Assembly (NCBI GenBank): GCA_046759085.1
Contig: JBHIBM010000001.1
Coordinates: 1 to 24,162 of the forward strand
DNA from: Candidatus Zixiibacteriota bacterium
Lineage (GTDB): Bacteria; Zixibacteria; MSB-5A5; DG-27
DNA: 24,162 bases
Direction: 5' to 3'
The notes beneath the pieces are model-generated. The model was not told where the DNA came from. It was given only the letters and a program-made list of their open reading frames with translations, and did no database searches. Positions 16,121-24,162 of the stretch are shown one piece after another (the stretch's first letter is position 1; each line of letters begins with the position of its first letter). Position numbers and translations under genes: made by a program.

Positions 16121-19051
16121 TTACTGCCATCCCTTGCTGAAACCGATTATCCAGCGGAACTTCCAGCTACCCTCCCCGGAGGGATGACTGATCCATAGCG
16201 GAAAATCAACTCTGAAGATGAAGAATCTGAAGCCTATCCCGAAATCGGATTTGACAGTCTTGATGTGAAGCTTGCTCCATCCTGCATACACATTGCCTAC
16301 ATCAAGGAAAAGATACGCCGGCAGATAGGGGAGGCTGTTCTCTAACGACATAGTCGTAATCATCTTCCCCTTCAGATGTCTTCCGAAATAGCCCCTCAAG
16401 TTTCCGTCACCCCAGAGGTGCCACCTCTCTTGAGGCGAAAGCTCTCCGGTAGATTCCCAGGTGAAACCGAGCATGCCCTCGGGAATCAGTTTCCCGGAGA
16501 GGAAGAAATACTCCTGTAAGGGCATATCTCCCCAGCCATAACCGCCATACAATCGCAGTTCGGTCTTGATTTTCTGTGACCAGCGGTAATAACTCTGTGA
16601 TTCCAATGACCATTTCCCAAATTGATAAATATCGTCATCGAGGTCTTTAGCGAGGGTCACGGTGCTCTTGATATTGCCGCCGTAACGGAGGCATCGCTCT
16701 TGGAAACTGTATGCCAAATCCACGCCGCTGTACTGGCCCAGGCTGAAATCCCGGGGGTCCTGATCCGAGATCGATTTCACCTGGCGATGCTGTAACGACA
16801 CCTCGAAAGTGTGTGTTGGCCCACGGAGGAGTTTTTCTCTTTTCTCGAAGCTCACTCCCGCATATGCACGGGAATAATCCCAGGATCTAGACCATCCCAA
16901 GGATAGTTTTGAGAAAGATCCCCAGAAACCGAGCGGAGTCTGGTAGCTACCGCTGTGTCTCAAGGTCTTTTTCCCGGATGAGTATATCGGAGCGAAGCTC
17001 CATTGATGTTTTCCCAAGACGGGGCCGGCCAAGATGAACTGTCGCCCCATAAGAAGACCGCCAACTTGCAACCGTGTGCTGGGGCTGTAGAATATATATG
17101 GGATAAAGAAAAGCTGGTAGGTATCGAATGAGGGCTTGTCGAAGAAGAGGCCGAAAGAATACTTCCTCGGTTTGCAGTTGTTCCAACGATAGTAATCCAG
17201 GATTTTCTTTTCAGGATCGACTGCAACGCGCTTTGTTTTTTCCCAGCTGTGGAACGTTATGGTGTTCTCTGGCTCCCTTCCGTTCCAGAAGAAGCGGTAT
17301 TCTCTTCCACTATCGGTATAAGAAACCACCTCCACGGGCATGACAATCGGTTCATTTCTTCTGAGGGTGATTTCGTTTCGATAGCCACCCCCAGGATTCT
17401 CCTCGTGGGGCGACCTTCTTATCTTTCTGCTCTTAAGGCCTGTGACTTCATAGTCACATCGCTTCGTGGTCGTCAACCACTGCTTGAAAAACCAATCCAA
17501 CTCCTCTCCGCTGACCTCCTCGCAAACCGAGACGAAGTCCTCGATCCTGGGATGTTTGAACATGTATCGCTGGTAGTAGGTCTTCATCGCGGTGTCAAAG
17601 GTGCCATGGCCTAAAAGGTCTCTAAGCATATACAGAATCAAGGCGCCCTTGTAGCATGCCAGCTGGTGTGTATACATTCCCTCTGTGTACTCATATGCAG
17701 GCTTCGACAGAATCTCCTCACGTTGGGCAGAGGCGTACATATAGTAATAAACATTTGCGACATAGTTGTCGTCGAACTCCGGGAAATAGGGAAGGTCGAA
17801 GGGGAGTTCGAGAAGAGAGTAATCCTCTCCGTATTTCTCCTCTAAGTATCTAAGCTCGCAGAAGGTGGCGAAGGCTTCATCGAGCCAGGGGGAGTCGATT
17901 TCATTGTTGCCCAAAACTCCATAGAACCACTGCTGCGCGAGAAGGCGTGCCACTACCAGCTCCAGCAATTTCGTATGAGAGGGGAGATCGCTAGGAATGA
18001 CTATCAAGCTCGGTGCTGCCATGCCTGGGGTCATAAAATCGGCGCCGTCAACGATTGTCAATCTTCTGTAAGGGTAGGGCCCGAACCATTCCCGGTACAA
18101 TTCCATTGCCTCTCTCGTATATGTGCCGATCTCCCTCATCTTTTTCTCATCCTGAGGCAGCAATAGAAGATCGATTTGGATGCTGTTGGTGTATTCCCTC
18201 TTCAATAGATAGTCTGGGCTTGCAGTCCAAGCGAAATCGTGGACGTTCTCGGCATGAAAAACCAGGGTCTTGTAACCATATTGAGATGCAGGATCGTCAT
18301 AAGGATGTTTGACTTGACGGCGTTGGCGTTTGGACAGTCTTGAGTAACGGTCTAAAGGATCCAGTCTTCTGAGCTCATCAGGAGGGCCGATCAGTTCCCC
18401 GGTTGCGCCGACTATGCATTCCCGCGGCAGGGTGATAGCCACATCGAAGGTACCGAACTCTCCGTAGAAACCGGGGATGAAATGATAACCATCAGGGTGC
18501 CAGCCCCGCTGGTCATACACGACCATCTTCGGATACCAATGAGCTATCTGATAGCGATTTCCTTTATGACCGAGCCGGTCAAATAGATATGGCAATTTGA
18601 GCAGGAAATCTATCTCACATGTGACGGTGTCACCAGGCTGAATCGGAACCGGCAGGTTCACCCTCATCTCAGTACCGGCGGCCTCAGGGATTAAAGATCG
18701 GCCGTTGCACTCGAGAGAGATTATCTCAATGTAGCCTCGGTCTTCGGGGGATGAGAAATAGAGGTCGCTCTTCCCTGCTTTGTATTGCTCCCTGGCGAAT
18801 TCGGTGTCGCGGTCTTTGTAAGCATTCGGATATAGGTGGAACCAGACGTAATTCAAAGTGTCAGGCGAGTTGTTGACGTAAACGACTATTTCATTACCCA
18901 TCAGGGTATGTTCTTCGGTGTCTAAAAGGACATCAATACGGTACGACACCACTTGTTGCCAGGAATGGCCGAGCTCGAAAGGAAAAAGCGCGAAGATTAT
19001 CAGGGTCAAATAGTAGAGGTAATACTGACGCATGGGCGCAAGAGAGCTCAT
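16121..19051 (-). CDS. M1 aminopeptidase homologue with a degenerate zinc site, fused to a C-terminal Omp85-like beta-barrel
   Basis: M1 scaffold motifs YVNNSPDTL, FHLYPNA, WYPK..VYD, AENVHDFAW, WLDE.F, YKG and V.VDP...LD...NN. HEXXH reads RLLAQ. The last ~345 aa are beta-stranded with LRGY and SDFGIGFRF..RVDFP. Confidence 0.8.
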   Translation of the reverse strand: MSSLAPMRQYYLYYLTLIIFALFPFELGHSWQQVVSYRIDVLLDTEEHTLMGNEIVVYVNNSPDTLNYVWFHLYPNAYKDRDTEFAREQYKAGKSDLYFSSPEDRGYIEIISLECNGRSLIPEAAGTEMRVNLPVPIQPGDTVTCEIDFLLKLPYLFDRLGHKGNRYQIAHWYPKMVVYDQRGWHPDGYHFIPGFYGEFGTFDVAITLPRECIVGATGELIGPPDELRRLDPLDRYSRLSKRQRRQVKHPYDDPASQYGYKTLVFHAENVHDFAWTASPDYLLKREYTNSIQIDLLLLPQDEKKMREIGTYTREAMELYREWFGPYPYRRLTIVDGADFMTPGMAAPSLIVIPSDLPSHTKLLELVVARLLAQQWFYGVLGNNEIDSPWLDEAFATFCELRYLEEKYGEDYSLLELPFDLPYFPEFDDNYVANVYYYMYASAQREEILSKPAYEYTEGMYTHQLACYKGALILYMLRDLLGHGTFDTAMKTYYQRYMFKHPRIEDFVSVCEEVSGEELDWFFKQWLTTTKRCDYEVTGLKSRKIRRSPHEENPGGGYRNEITLRRNEPIVMPVEVVSYTDSGREYRFFWNGREPENTITFHSWEKTKRVAVDPEKKILDYYRWNNCKPRKYSFGLFFDKPSFDTYQLFFIPYIFYSPSTRLQVGGLLMGRQFILAGPVLGKHQWSFAPIYSSGKKTLRHSGSYQTPLGFWGSFSKLSLGWSRSWDYSRAYAGVSFEKREKLLRGPTHTFEVSLQHRQVKSISDQDPRDFSLGQYSGVDLAYSFQERCLRYGGNIKSTVTLAKDLDDDIYQFGKWSLESQSYYRWSQKIKTELRLYGGYGWGDMPLQEYFFLSGKLIPEGMLGFTWESTGELSPQERWHLWGDGNLRGYFGRHLKGKMITTMSLENSLPYLPAYLFLDVGNVYAGWSKLHIKTVKSDFGIGFRFFIFRVDFPLWISHPSGEGSWKFRWIIGFSKGWQ

Positions 19052-19911
19052 CTCAGAGAGGATGGTTGCTCCGCTGGCTGTTCAATTCGTCTGGCATCTT
19101 CGGGGATCCGAAGTTCAAAGAAGCTGTCAGGAATCTCTACGTTAATCATTTCTTGACGCAGTTTTATTCTAATTCTGAACCCCTTGGCCGGGCAAAGCAG
19201 CGTGATTATCTTAGGACGCCAGCGACCATCCATTCTATGGAAATCATAGTAACTGATCCAGAGGTCGTAAGATTCGTCACGATGTCGCCAGTGGCATTTG
19301 GCCACCGTGAGGGTGGCGGGGTTTACCCAGAATTTCTTATCCCAGACGGTATCCGCCATCTCGTACAGATAGAAACCCTCTTGCCTGCCGATGAATCTGC
19401 TGTCGTTTCGGTCGAACCCGAATTTCCCCATTGAGAACTGAATGGTGCTTACAAGGTCAAATCTCTGCTCGCCAAATTCTACAAACCTCCCCTCCTGTAG
19501 GTTTTGCTCGAAGTACGAGTTCGTGAATGGAGAGAAGACCCTGACGGTATCATTACGCAGAACTCCCTTGGCCACATCAATCCCCAGAATCATCTCGAGT
19601 GTGAAGGCAAGCTCCGAGGCTTCACGATAATACAACTCCATACCGAAAGAGAGGTTCATCTTTTCGCTGTGAAGATCTACGTCTATGTCCCCGGCGTATG
19701 TGTTGATGTGTGCATCTTGCTCCGCAAGGAGAGCGACCACTTCCTCAGGGCTTCTGACCTTCGGGGGCGGCTTTATGATCTTCCGGGGGGCGCAGGAGGC
19801 GAAGATCAATAGTGACGCTAAGGTGCAGATTGTAACGGGGAAAAGTGGGAGCTTTGAACCGGACCACACGTTTGGAGATGGGGTTTGTGATTGGGTGATA
19901 CGCCGTTCCAA
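19048..19911 (-). CDS. Lipoprotein, DUF4292-like (LolA/LolB-like fold suspected)
   Basis: Lipobox FASC followed by a K/P-rich linker; beta-rich domain ending F.L.IP.DA..I; stop overlaps the next start (ATGA). Start codon uncertain. Confidence 0.65.
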   Translation of the reverse strand: MERRITQSQTPSPNVWSGSKLPLFPVTICTLASLLIFASCAPRKIIKPPPKVRSPEEVVALLAEQDAHINTYAGDIDVDLHSEKMNLSFGMELYYREASELAFTLEMILGIDVAKGVLRNDTVRVFSPFTNSYFEQNLQEGRFVEFGEQRFDLVSTIQFSMGKFGFDRNDSRFIGRQEGFYLYEMADTVWDKKFWVNPATLTVAKCHWRHRDESYDLWISYYDFHRMDGRWRPKIITLLCPAKGFRIRIKLRQEMINVEIPDSFFELRIPEDARRIEQPAEQPSSLR

Positions 19912-19938
19912 TGTTACAATGTCATTGAGATATGCGCG

Positions 19939-20586
19939 CTACAATGGCAATCCCGTGAACAGGTAACCGAAAAGCCTCACGAACGGAGAAAATATGTACG
20001 CAAAGAGATTAACTCCGAATATATATCCGCCCATGATTATCCCCACCAAGACTAGCGGACCGTAGCGTTCCATTCGATAGTAGAATCTCTCTTCCTGGGG
20101 AGGCAGGAGCCCGAAGAGGATCTTGGAGCCGTCCAGAGGGGGAATCGGGAACATATTGAATATCGCCAGAATGATATTGATCTGAACCGCGAATATCAAC
20201 ATCCTCAGGAACACCCCCACAAAAGGTGTCTGGAAATCCAGGCCCCCGCCGGTGCCAAGATAGACGCGCAAGATGAGACCGAAGAAGAACGCAGAAAGCA
20301 GGTTGGCAAGAGGTCCGGCGAAGGATACCCAGATCATGTCCCCTTTGGGATCGCGAAGGTTGTAGGGATTTACCGGCACCGGGCGGGCCCAGCCGAAACC
20401 GACGAAGACTAACATTATCGAACCGAGGATGTCCAGATGAACCAGAGGGTTCAACGAAAGCCGACCCATCATCTTGGCGGTGGGGTCTCCACGACGATAA
20501 GCTATGTAGCCGTGAGAGAACTCGTGAATGGTGATGGCGAAAAGAAAGCCGGGAACCATTATGGCTATTTGCTCGAGGCCATACAT
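19939..20586 (-). CDS. Site-2 protease family (M50) intramembrane zinc protease, YwhC-like
   Basis: HEFSHG (HEXXH), GRLSLNPL.H.D, FGWARPVPVNP and FNMFPIPPLDG motifs. Confidence 0.95.
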   Translation of the reverse strand: MYGLEQIAIMVPGFLFAITIHEFSHGYIAYRRGDPTAKMMGRLSLNPLVHLDILGSIMLVFVGFGWARPVPVNPYNLRDPKGDMIWVSFAGPLANLLSAFFFGLILRVYLGTGGGLDFQTPFVGVFLRMLIFAVQINIILAIFNMFPIPPLDGSKILFGLLPPQEERFYYRMERYGPLVLVGIIMGGYIFGVNLFAYIFSPFVRLFGYLFTGLPL

Positions 20587-20596
20587 CGTCAGCTAA

Positions 20597-21442
20597 TCAC
20601 CCTTTCTCGGCCAAGACCACAGTTGGCAAACTCAACTCCAATCCAAAATCCGTTAGTGAATCGTTCGCCCTCTTGATTTCGTATCCGACCTCCTCCGGGT
20701 GGTGTGCATCCGAGCCCAAGACGGCGACCTTCACCCCGTACTCCTTGATCAGTTCCAGAATCTCTTTGGAGGGATAGAAATCTTTGAATCCTCGGCGGAG
20801 GGCGCCGGTGCTCACCTCTGTCCCCAGATCGTGGGAGCTCATGAGCTCTAAAACCGGCTCGATATAGTCGCGATGGGCAGTGAAGATTTTCTCCCCGTAA
20901 TAGGTGAACCCGTATTTCTTGTAACCATCGAGATGGGCGACGCAATCGAAAAGATCTGATTTCACCAGCGCCGCCAGATTCTCGAAATACTTCCTGGACA
21001 TCTCCCTGACGCTTTTTCCCTGAAAACACCTCTCGTATTCCCTGCGGTCGGTGAAGGCAACCCCCTCCAAACAGTGGATTGAGCCGAGAAGGAAATCGAC
21101 CTCAATTCCGGATAGGGCCTGACGCAACTGGTCTTCGAAGTGGGGAGCATAGTCGGCCTCCAGGCCTAGCCTCACCAGAAGTCCCATGTCCTCATATCTT
21201 CTCTGAGTCTCCTTTACCTCCCGGAAGTATCTGGGAAGTCCCTTCTCCAGGGGCAGGCGTTTACCGTCAACTATCATAAAAGGATCGACTTTTTTTCTCC
21301 GGGGGTCGGTATCGAAATGGGTGGTGAAGCAGATCTCCTTCAATCCTTTCTTCAACGCCTCCTGACAGAACGCTTCGATGCTGCCGGTGGCGTCCAGGGA
21401 GTATCCGGGATGAATATGGTAATCGATCAAATCCACAGTCAC
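20597..21442 (-). CDS. Histidinol-phosphatase, HisJ/PHP family
   Basis: DYHIH, FTTHFD, GLEADY, GSIH, AHLD..KK and GSDAH motifs. GTG start overlaps the upstream stop (GTGA). Confidence 0.88.
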   Translation of the reverse strand: MTVDLIDYHIHPGYSLDATGSIEAFCQEALKKGLKEICFTTHFDTDPRRKKVDPFMIVDGKRLPLEKGLPRYFREVKETQRRYEDMGLLVRLGLEADYAPHFEDQLRQALSGIEVDFLLGSIHCLEGVAFTDRREYERCFQGKSVREMSRKYFENLAALVKSDLFDCVAHLDGYKKYGFTYYGEKIFTAHRDYIEPVLELMSSHDLGTEVSTGALRRGFKDFYPSKEILELIKEYGVKVAVLGSDAHHPEEVGYEIKRANDSLTDFGLELSLPTVVLAEKG

Positions 21443-22074
21443 GGCCTCAGAGCCTCAAGCACGAAGGGGTTGAATCTTCTCTCCTGCCCGATGGTCGATT
21501 TGGGTCCGTGTCCGGGATAGATGGTGGTGTCATCGGGAAGGTTCATGAGTTTCTCGCGAATGGACCTCATAAGGGTTTCATAATCGCTCCCGGGGAAGTC
21601 GGTGCGACCGATGGAGCCGGCGAAGAGGGTGTCGCCAGTGAAGACAATCTTGTCTGATATAAGACAGATTCCCCCTGGAGAATGCCCCGGAGTGTGAAGG
21701 ATTTGAAACTCCAGATTGCCGACTGATACAACCTCTCCGTCCTCGAGCAATCTGTCGGCCTCTGGGGCTTTCATGTTCTCGCCGCTGAAGGCGGAGAGAT
21801 TCTCTCGGGGGTCTGTCAGCATCCGAGCATCTTGGCGGTGAATGAGAAGCTCGGCGCCGGTCTTTGACTTCAACTCTCCCACCGCTCCGATGTGATCCAG
21901 GTGTCCGTGGGTGAGAACGATCTTCTCGATTTTCAAGTTTAGAGACCGGATTCCCGACTGGATAGCTCCGGCCTCGAAGCCGGGGTCGAGGATCATTCCG
22001 ACTTCGGTGGCTTCGTCTCCAACCAAGTAACAGTTCGACAGATAGGGTCCGACCTCGAAGACCTTTATTAGCAT
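21439..22074 (-). CDS. MBL-fold metallo-hydrolase (glyoxalase II-like, YcbL type)
   Basis: THGHLDHIG, HTPGHSPG, FTGDTLF.GSIGRTD and YPGHG motifs. Confidence 0.95.
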   Translation of the reverse strand: MLIKVFEVGPYLSNCYLVGDEATEVGMILDPGFEAGAIQSGIRSLNLKIEKIVLTHGHLDHIGAVGELKSKTGAELLIHRQDARMLTDPRENLSAFSGENMKAPEADRLLEDGEVVSVGNLEFQILHTPGHSPGGICLISDKIVFTGDTLFAGSIGRTDFPGSDYETLMRSIREKLMNLPDDTTIYPGHGPKSTIGQERRFNPFVLEALRP

Positions 22075-23895
22075 CTACTCACCTTCCGGATGAAAATGGC
22101 CGTAGATCGTTCCCGCCACCTTGGCCGGGATGCCCGACGTTTCCAGGAGTTCCGAAAGCTTCGCCTTTCTTATCCTCTCAACGGAACCGAACTTCGCCAA
22201 TAGATCCAGCCTCCTCTTCTCGCCGACTCCCCTTATCGCCTCCAACTCCGATTTGAAGCTCTCCTTTTTTCTCAACTTCCGGTGGTAGGTTATTGCGAAA
22301 CGATGAGCCTCATCTCGAACCATCTGTAGAAGCTTAATAGAGGAGGAGGTCTTGGGAATCATCAAGGGTTCTCTTCTGCCGGGCAGGAAGACCTCGTCTA
22401 ATCTTTTGGCCAAGGCGAGAATGTTGACATTTGCGATCTTGAGCTTCCTCAAAACCTGCCGGGCGGCGTTTAGCTGTCCCTTTCCCCCGTCGACCAGAGT
22501 CAGATCCGGGAAGTGCCTTTTCTCCTCGATCAGCCGACGGAAGTATCGCTCCACAACCTCCGCCATCATGGCGTAGTCGTCCTGACCCTCCACGGTCCTT
22601 ATTTTGAAATGGCGATACTCCCCCTTCCGCGGTTTACCGTCAACGAAGAACACCAGAGAACCGACGGCCCCGTTGGAACCCAAATTGGAGATGTCGAAAG
22701 CGGCGAGCCTGCGGGGGGGATTCTTCAGGTATAAGTCCCTCTTCAAGGAATGAATTGAGCGCGGTAGACCTCTCTTCATCTCACTCTTCTGGGCAAGTAG
22801 CTCCTCCAAGAGCAAGTTCGCATTCTGAGAGGCCAGATCCAACAGGCGCGCCTTTTGACCCCTTCGAGGTACAGTGAGTTCCACCTTAGATTCTGCCCTC
22901 CGAGAGAGATACCTGCCCACCAGGGGCTCGTCTTTGGGCTTGGAGGGGAGCAGAATCTGCGGAGGGATGGCCTCGGCGGTGTTGTAGAAACGCATCAGGA
23001 AGGTCTTGAGCAGCTCCCCATCCTCGGAGGTTTTGGAAGCCACCAGGTAGAAGTGCTGCCTGCCGATTAGGACCCCCTCTCGCACCTGCATGGTCACACA
23101 ACAGGCATCGACACCCTCCCGGCTGAAGGCGATGAGGTCGCGGTCGGCCATGTCGGGATTCAACACTTTCTGGCGGGCGATGAGTCCCTCTAAGTTCTGC
23201 AGTTGGTCCCGAACTCTGGCGGCGGTCTCATACTCCTCCGCCTCCGCCAGGCTCTTCATTCGGGAGCGGAGTTCTTTCAAGAGCTCCACCTTACGACCGG
23301 CGAGAAACCGCCCGACTCCATCGGCAATCTGACGGTATTCCTCTTCGGAGATGCGGTTCTCGCAGGAACCGAAACAACGTCCGATGTGGTAGTTCAGACA
23401 GACCCGATTTTTCCTTCTGGAGGGGAGCTTGAGGCCGCAGGTACGCAAGGGAAAGATCTGCCGGATCAACCTCAGGGTCTGGCGCATCAGTTTCACCTCG
23501 GTGTATGGCCCGAAATATCTGCCGCCATCCTTCTTCAAGACCCTGGTCACTAAAAGTCGAGGAAAAGCCTCATTCGTGATTTTCAGATAGGGATATCTTT
23601 TATCATCTTTCAGGTTGACGTTGTAGCGGGGACGGTGCTCCTTGATGAGATTGTTCTCCAAGATCAAAGCCTCCATCTCGCTGTCGGTGACTAAGACCTC
23701 GAAATCGGAGATCTTCGACCGCAGGACGTCAGTTTTCAAATCCCGCCGCGGTGTTTTGTGGAAATACGACCTCACCCGGTTTTTCAGTGTCTTGGCCTTG
23801 CCGATGTATAGAATCCTCCCACCAGAGTCCTTCATCAGATAGACCCCGGGCCCCCGGGGGAGGTTCGTCAACTTCGTCTGCAACTTCTCTTTCAT
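22075..23895 (-). CDS. uvrC: Excinuclease ABC subunit C
   Basis: GIY-YIG region PGVYLM...YIGKAK.L..RV.SYF; LE.NLIK...PRYN; DISN; DGG.GQL; RDEAHRFAI.YHR; C-terminal HhH. Confidence 0.98.
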   Translation of the reverse strand: MKEKLQTKLTNLPRGPGVYLMKDSGGRILYIGKAKTLKNRVRSYFHKTPRRDLKTDVLRSKISDFEVLVTDSEMEALILENNLIKEHRPRYNVNLKDDKRYPYLKITNEAFPRLLVTRVLKKDGGRYFGPYTEVKLMRQTLRLIRQIFPLRTCGLKLPSRRKNRVCLNYHIGRCFGSCENRISEEEYRQIADGVGRFLAGRKVELLKELRSRMKSLAEAEEYETAARVRDQLQNLEGLIARQKVLNPDMADRDLIAFSREGVDACCVTMQVREGVLIGRQHFYLVASKTSEDGELLKTFLMRFYNTAEAIPPQILLPSKPKDEPLVGRYLSRRAESKVELTVPRRGQKARLLDLASQNANLLLEELLAQKSEMKRGLPRSIHSLKRDLYLKNPPRRLAAFDISNLGSNGAVGSLVFFVDGKPRKGEYRHFKIRTVEGQDDYAMMAEVVERYFRRLIEEKRHFPDLTLVDGGKGQLNAARQVLRKLKIANVNILALAKRLDEVFLPGRREPLMIPKTSSSIKLLQMVRDEAHRFAITYHRKLRKKESFKSELEAIRGVGEKRRLDLLAKFGSVERIRKAKLSELLETSGIPAKVAGTIYGHFHPEGE

Positions 23896-23935
23896 ATCTT
23901 AAGGAGTTAAACGGCGAGGCCTGGGGAAAGTTTCC

Positions 23936-24160
23936 TCAATCGAGGAGCCTCCTTCCCCCCTTATATCTTCTGCGGTAATAATCCTCACTCAGATCGGAGA
24001 TGATGGTGCCACGGGATTTGGAGACGTGCACGAACTCTCCGGAACCGAGATAGATCCCGACGTGGCTCACTCTGGAACCGGAGGTGGCAAAGAAGACCAG
24101 ATCTCCGTAGGAGAGGTCTCTTTTACCCGTCGGCTTCCCGATCCGGTAGAGTGTTTCGCA
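23936..24160 (-). CDS. NlpC/P60 (C40) peptidoglycan peptidase, C-terminal part (gene runs off the window; not in the ORF track)
   Basis: Hand translation: CETLYRIGKPTGKRDLSYGDLVFFATSGSRVSHVGIYLGSGEFVHVSKSRGTIISDLSEDYYRRRYKGGRRLLD*, with GDLVFF, HVGIY and F.H motifs. Confidence 0.93.
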   Translation of the reverse strand, partial: CETLYRIGKPTGKRDLSYGDLVFFATSGSRVSHVGIYLGSGEFVHVSKSRGTIISDLSEDYYRRRYKGGRRLLD

Positions 24161-24162
24161 GC

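Noticed and set aside
196-23978. Many 60-230 aa ORFs in the track that overlap the called genes (e.g. 446-1039, 2398-3090, 7637-8236, 9697-10131, 10369-10791, 20589-21029)
   Set aside because: They are antisense or alternate-frame shadows of genes with clear family motifs in GC-rich sequence, and none has a recognisable motif or convincing RBS.

Overview
Chromosomal segment, apparently from a Gram-negative bacterium of the FCB superphylum outside the well-studied Bacteroidota (Zixibacteria/KSB1/TA06-like; inferred from gene style, not proven). Left and centre (1-16011): an envelope/secretion region with two tandem PorV/UPF0164-like beta-barrels preceded by the tail of a probable CTD protein. 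It also holds four proteins ending in a T9SS-type NYPNPFN...LLK C-terminal domain (three paralogous parallel beta-helix proteins and a C25 gingipain-like protease), YyaL/SSP411, two small secreted hypotheticals, DUF5683, a DAG-kinase-family enzyme and a cold-shock protein. An unannotated ~190-nt rod-shaped RNA with 6S RNA geometry lies at 11109-11297. Right (16121-24162): a tightly coupled minus-strand run NlpC/P60(partial)-uvrC-MBL hydrolase-HisJ/PHP-site-2 protease-DUF4292-like lipoprotein-M1 peptidase homologue. The most unusual item is that last gene: the zinc motif HEXXH reads RLLAQ and GMEYP reads GMAAP, so it is predicted to be catalytically dead, and it is fused to a C-terminal Omp85/BamA-like barrel carrying an LRGY motif. 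No tRNA, rRNA, CRISPR array or mobile element was recognised. All family assignments are by motif recognition by eye; no database searches were run.
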